DNA of 64,000 nucleotides, from the NCBI GenBank assembly GCA_964577705.1, contig CAZOAD010000007.1, forward strand, positions 2,621-66,620, given 5' to 3'. The notes under the pieces were generated by a model that had not been told where the DNA came from, made no database searches, and saw nothing but the letters and a program-made list of their open reading frames with translations. The position numbers and the translations under genes were made by a program. The stretch comes from an uncultured Mesohalobacter sp. (GTDB lineage Bacteria; Bacteroidota; Bacteroidia; Flavobacteriales; Flavobacteriaceae). Positions 60,367 to 64,000 of this stretch are shown here, piece after piece. The stretch's first letter is position 1. Every line of letters begins with the position of its first letter.

Positions 60367-61461
60367 ATGATTGTAAATGATTTTATTGAAGCTATTGAGG
60401 AACTTTCGCCTTCTTATTATGCTGAAGATTTTGACAACACTGGCTTATTGATTGGTGAAAAAAGCATGGAAGTGACCGGAGCCATGATCACACTGGACAC
60501 TTTGGAATCTGTAGTTGATGATGCCATAAGTTCTAATTGCAATCTAATCATCAGCTTTCACCCTATTATTTTCTCTGGTCTGAAAAAATTGAACCGAAAA
60601 ACATATGTAGAACGCGTTGTTCACAAAGCCATTAAAAATGACATCGCTATCTACGCCATGCATACAGCTTTGGATAATGTGTCTAACGGCGTGAATGGGA
60701 TGATATGTGAAAAATTGGGACTAACCAATACTTCCGTTTTAATTTCAAAACCAAAGACCATCAAGAAATTAACAACTTACGTTCCTAAAGCAAGTGCTGA
60801 AAATGTGAGAACTGCTTTATTTCAAGCTGGTGGAGGAAGCATTGGAAATTATAATTTCTGCAGCTTCAACATTGAGGGGATTGGTACTTTCAATGGAAAT
60901 GAAAAATCAAACCCCACTCTAGGTGAACCAGGTAAAACTCAGTTTGAAGAGGAGATTCAAATCAATCTAACGTTTTCGTCACATTTGGAAACGAAAATTC
61001 TAAAAGCTCTCTTTGAAAGCCATCCTTATGAAGAAGTAGCTTATGAAGTAGAGACTTTGGAAAATAATGATCAACACAGAGGAATTGGTATGGTAGGTGA
61101 ACTAGCTACACCACTCGGGATAACAGAGGCCTTATCTCATGTAAAAGAAGTTTTTAAAACCAAATTCATAAGGCATTCTCAACTTAATGATAAACCCATT
61201 AAACGCGTTGCGGTACTTGGAGGCAGCGGTGCATTTGCGATAGATAAGGCGAAAGCAGTTAGAGCAGACCTGTATATCACCGCAGATTTAAAATACCATG
61301 ACTTCTATAAAGCTGAAAATCAGATCATTTTAGCAGACATAGGGCATTATGAAAGCGAGCAGTATACAAAAGATTTAATACATGCTTATCTTACGAAAAA
61401 ATTCCCTAATTTTGCACTCGTTTTATCTAATATTAATACCAATCCAATTCAATACTATTGA
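60367..61461 (+). CDS. Nif3-like dinuclear metal center protein with PII-like insert
   Basis: DNTGL, FHPIIF, HTALD, HPYEEVAY, GHYESE. Confidence 0.92.
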   Translation: MIVNDFIEAIEELSPSYYAEDFDNTGLLIGEKSMEVTGAMITLDTLESVVDDAISSNCNLIISFHPIIFSGLKKLNRKTYVERVVHKAIKNDIAIYAMHTALDNVSNGVNGMICEKLGLTNTSVLISKPKTIKKLTTYVPKASAENVRTALFQAGGGSIGNYNFCSFNIEGIGTFNGNEKSNPTLGEPGKTQFEEEIQINLTFSSHLETKILKALFESHPYEEVAYEVETLENNDQHRGIGMVGELATPLGITEALSHVKEVFKTKFIRHSQLNDKPIKRVAVLGGSGAFAIDKAKAVRADLYITADLKYHDFYKAENQIILADIGHYESEQYTKDLIHAYLTKKFPNFALVLSNINTNPIQYY

Positions 61462-61463
61462 TT

Positions 61464-62246
61464 ATGGCAAAGAAAAAAGAGGTTACCGTAGAGCAGAAGT
61501 TAAGAGCTCTATACGATTTACAACTAATAGACTCACGTATTGACGAAATAAGAAATATGCGAGGTGAACTACCTCTTGAAGTTGAAGATTTGGAAGATGA
61601 AGTTGCAGGACTGACCAAAAGAATTGAGAAATTAGAGTCTGATCTTACGGTTACTGAAGAAAAAATTAAAGACAAAAAGCAATTCATAGTGGAAGCTGAA
61701 GCTATGATTAAAAAGTATAAAGGGCAGCAAGACAATGTTAGAAATAACAGGGAATTTGATGCTTTAACCAAAGAGGTTGAATTTCAGGAATTGGAAATTG
61801 AACTGGCTCAAAAACACATACGTGAATTTAGTGCTCAAATTGAGCATAAGACAGCTGTGATTGAAGAGACTAAGGAGAAATTAGCCGAAAGACAAAATCA
61901 CCTGGATCACAAAAAGTCTGAGCTAGACAACATCTTAAAAGAAACTGAAAAAGAAGAAACTGCTTTGACTGAAAAGTCTGAGAAATTCAAGAAAGACATA
62001 GAAGAGCGTTTGGTAAAAGCCTATACCCGAATTCGGAATAACGTGAAAAACGGTATGGCCGTAGTAACCATAGAACGTGGTGCTTCCGGGGGTTCATTCT
62101 TTACTATTCCACCGCAAGTTCAAGTTGAAATTGCAGCTAGACGTAAAGTGATCATCGATGAACACAGTGGTAGAATACTTGTAGACCAGGAACTCGCCAG
62201 AGAAGAAGAAGAAAAAATGGAAAAAATGTTTACCAAATTAGCGTAA
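61464..62246 (+). CDS. Coiled-coil + C-terminal ribbon protein (DUF164/CdsZ-like), Cys ligands absent
   Basis: LYDLQLIDSRID, NNREFDAL, long heptads; C-terminal ASGGSFFTIPPQ...DEHSGRIL. Confidence 0.85.
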   Translation: MAKKKEVTVEQKLRALYDLQLIDSRIDEIRNMRGELPLEVEDLEDEVAGLTKRIEKLESDLTVTEEKIKDKKQFIVEAEAMIKKYKGQQDNVRNNREFDALTKEVEFQELEIELAQKHIREFSAQIEHKTAVIEETKEKLAERQNHLDHKKSELDNILKETEKEETALTEKSEKFKKDIEERLVKAYTRIRNNVKNGMAVVTIERGASGGSFFTIPPQVQVEIAARRKVIIDEHSGRILVDQELAREEEEKMEKMFTKLA

Positions 62247-62266
62247 ACTTTAAAATATTTAAATGT

Positions 62267-62300
62267 AAAAGCTCAGGGTTAGTTCCTTGAGCTTTTTTTT
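62267..62300 (+). terminator. Intrinsic terminator
   Basis: AAAAGCTCAGGG / CCTTGAGCTTTT followed by a T-tract. Confidence 0.75.
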
Positions 62301-62369
62301 GTTCAAAAATTTAACTCGACCTTAATTTCTGTCACTTCTATTTACCACTACTTTTGAAATAAAAAACTC

Positions 62370-63020
62370 ATGAAATCTTTTTTTAGTTTAATTATGCTTT
62401 CCATCTTCTTTGTAAGTTGTGGGAAAGCACAAAATTCAGAATCCCCAAGTCAGATAGCATCTAATAATTATGATGATAACAAGTACGAAAGAGCTTATTT
62501 TGCGAGTGGGTGTTTTTGGTGTGTGGAAACTATATATGAAAGCGTAAAAGGCGTAGAAGAAGTTTTTTCCGGCTATTCTGGTGGACATACCAAAAACCCA
62601 ACTTACGAGTCTAGCAATACAGGTAGAACTGGTCATGCAGAAGCTGTAGAGGTCATTTACGATCCAGAGGTCGTTTCATTTAAGACATTGGTCGATGTCT
62701 ATTTTGGCTCACAGGATGTCACTCAACAAAATGGTCAGGGACCAGATATCGGTTCTCAGTACCGTTCCATTATTTTTTATCAAAATCCAGAAGAAAAGAA
62801 AATCATCGATCAAAAGATAGAAGCCCTTTCAAAAGACTACGATAGGCCTATTGCTGCAGAGGTTAAGAAATTTGATAAATTCTGGATGGCAGAAGAATAC
62901 CATCAGGATTATAAAATCAATAACCCCAACAATCCTTACATCAGAAATGTATCTGTCCCTAGGTTTACTCGATTTAAAGTGAGGTTTCCAGAACTCCTTA
63001 AGCCAAAATCAAAACGCTAA
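62370..63020 (+). CDS. msrA: Peptide-methionine (S)-S-oxide reductase, lipoprotein
   Basis: Lipobox FVSC; GCFWC, GYSGG, GHAEAV, QGPDIGSQYRS, AEEYHQDY; -7 box TACTTTTG at 62349-56. Confidence 0.93.
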   Translation: MKSFFSLIMLSIFFVSCGKAQNSESPSQIASNNYDDNKYERAYFASGCFWCVETIYESVKGVEEVFSGYSGGHTKNPTYESSNTGRTGHAEAVEVIYDPEVVSFKTLVDVYFGSQDVTQQNGQGPDIGSQYRSIIFYQNPEEKKIIDQKIEALSKDYDRPIAAEVKKFDKFWMAEEYHQDYKINNPNNPYIRNVSVPRFTRFKVRFPELLKPKSKR

Positions 63021-63022
63021 GT

Positions 63023-63068
63023 ATCAAAAAAAGCCGTCCCGAAACCAATCGGAACGGCTTTTTTTGAT
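63023..63068. terminator. Bidirectional terminator between msrA and the hydrolase
   Basis: ATCAAAAAAAGCCGT...ACGGCTTTTTTTGAT inverted repeat. Confidence 0.8.
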
Positions 63069-63082
63069 GTATTTAATGGCGT

Positions 63083-63916
63083 TTAACTCAAGAATTCAAG
63101 TAGCATTGAATTAAATTCTTCATGGTGAGTCATCATTAAACCATGTGGAGCCTTTTTAATAACTTCCAGTCTTGAGTTCTTTATCAATTCCTTAGCTTTT
63201 TTAGCTGAAGCTTCTAGTGGTACAATTTGATCTTCATCGCCGTGAACAATCAGTGTTGGAATATCAAATTTTTTGCAATCTGCTCTAAAGTCTGTTTTGC
63301 CAAAGCTATCCACACAGTCCAAAGTTGCTTTCCTTGAGCCCTGCATAGCAAGATTCCATGTCAGTTGTAATGTAGCATCGCTTATTCTATCCTCTTTTAA
63401 GGACTCATAATTATAGAAGTTCTTACCGAATTCTTTAAAGAAATGGGGTCTATCTTGTTTAATGCCCTCTTTCATGCCTTCAAAAACTGAAGCATCCACA
63501 GCATCGTTCTCCTCAGTTTTAAGCATAAAAGGAGTTACAGCAGACACCAGTACCGCTTTATCTATTAATGAGGTTCCATAGTTTCCAATATAACGAGCGA
63601 CTTCACCGCCACCCATAGAAAATCCTATCAGAATAACGTTCTCCAGCTTTAGTGTTTCTATGAGGTCTTTTAAGTCTTTGGCCAAGGTATCGTAATCATA
63701 TCCATTCCAGGGCTTTGAGCTTTCTCCAAACCCTCTTCTGTCGTAAGCAATCACCCTATAACCTTTATTGACTAGAGCCTCTACCTGGTATTCCCACATC
63801 ACTCTGTTCAATGGCCAGCCGTGAATTAAAACAATGGGTTGCCCAGACCCATAATCATTGTAGGCAAGTTTTATAGCTTTTGACTTTTCTAGTGATGATG
63901 TATTTAATTCGCTCAT
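63083..63916 (-). CDS. Alpha/beta hydrolase, non-heme chloroperoxidase/esterase type
   Basis: LIHGWP, YDRRGFGES, GFSMGGGE (Ser), HGDEDQIVP (Asp), APHG (His). ATG at 63916 is preferred. Confidence 0.9.
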   Translation of the reverse strand: MSELNTSSLEKSKAIKLAYNDYGSGQPIVLIHGWPLNRVMWEYQVEALVNKGYRVIAYDRRGFGESSKPWNGYDYDTLAKDLKDLIETLKLENVILIGFSMGGGEVARYIGNYGTSLIDKAVLVSAVTPFMLKTEENDAVDASVFEGMKEGIKQDRPHFFKEFGKNFYNYESLKEDRISDATLQLTWNLAMQGSRKATLDCVDSFGKTDFRADCKKFDIPTLIVHGDEDQIVPLEASAKKAKELIKNSRLEVIKKAPHGLMMTHHEEFNSMLLEFLS

Positions 63917-64000
63917 AAGTGTTTTATTTCTAAGATAAAACAAATCATAAAACTTATAATTGAATTAAATAAAGTTTAACCTAAACCTATTTCATAAAAA

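Overview
AT-rich bacterial chromosomal segment. Gene content and TAnnTTTG (-7) promoter boxes point to Bacteroidota, probably Flavobacteriaceae; the genus cannot be fixed from this window. Most of it is housekeeping or metabolic: purL, ggt, fadD-like, pabB, tilS, dsbD, lysA, pheT, tRNA-His, bshB1, nhaC, lpdA, gap, trmD, rplS, icd, rpmE2, lpxK, msrA. I see no prophage, CRISPR array or intact transposon. The most interesting block is a minus-strand short-chain carboxylate locus (34688-45755). In transcription order it holds an IS1 InsA-like Zn-ribbon/HTH gene with no transposase core, a porin-like gene, DUF4212, an ActP-like symporter, a small membrane protein, an SLC5-STAC-histidine kinase, a receiver-only response regulator, and one 1287-aa ORF fusing a complete PrpE-like and a complete Acs-like acyl-CoA synthetase. 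Other points: a 55-aa CxxC/CxxC microprotein missed by the ORF track, an icd apparently truncated into its terminator, a porin whose C-terminal Phe is followed by 7 extra residues, nested REP-like palindromes, a probable L19 leader, a candidate PadR operator, and three amidohydrolase barrels of which only one keeps the HxH motif. All family assignments come from motif recognition by eye; no database searches were run.
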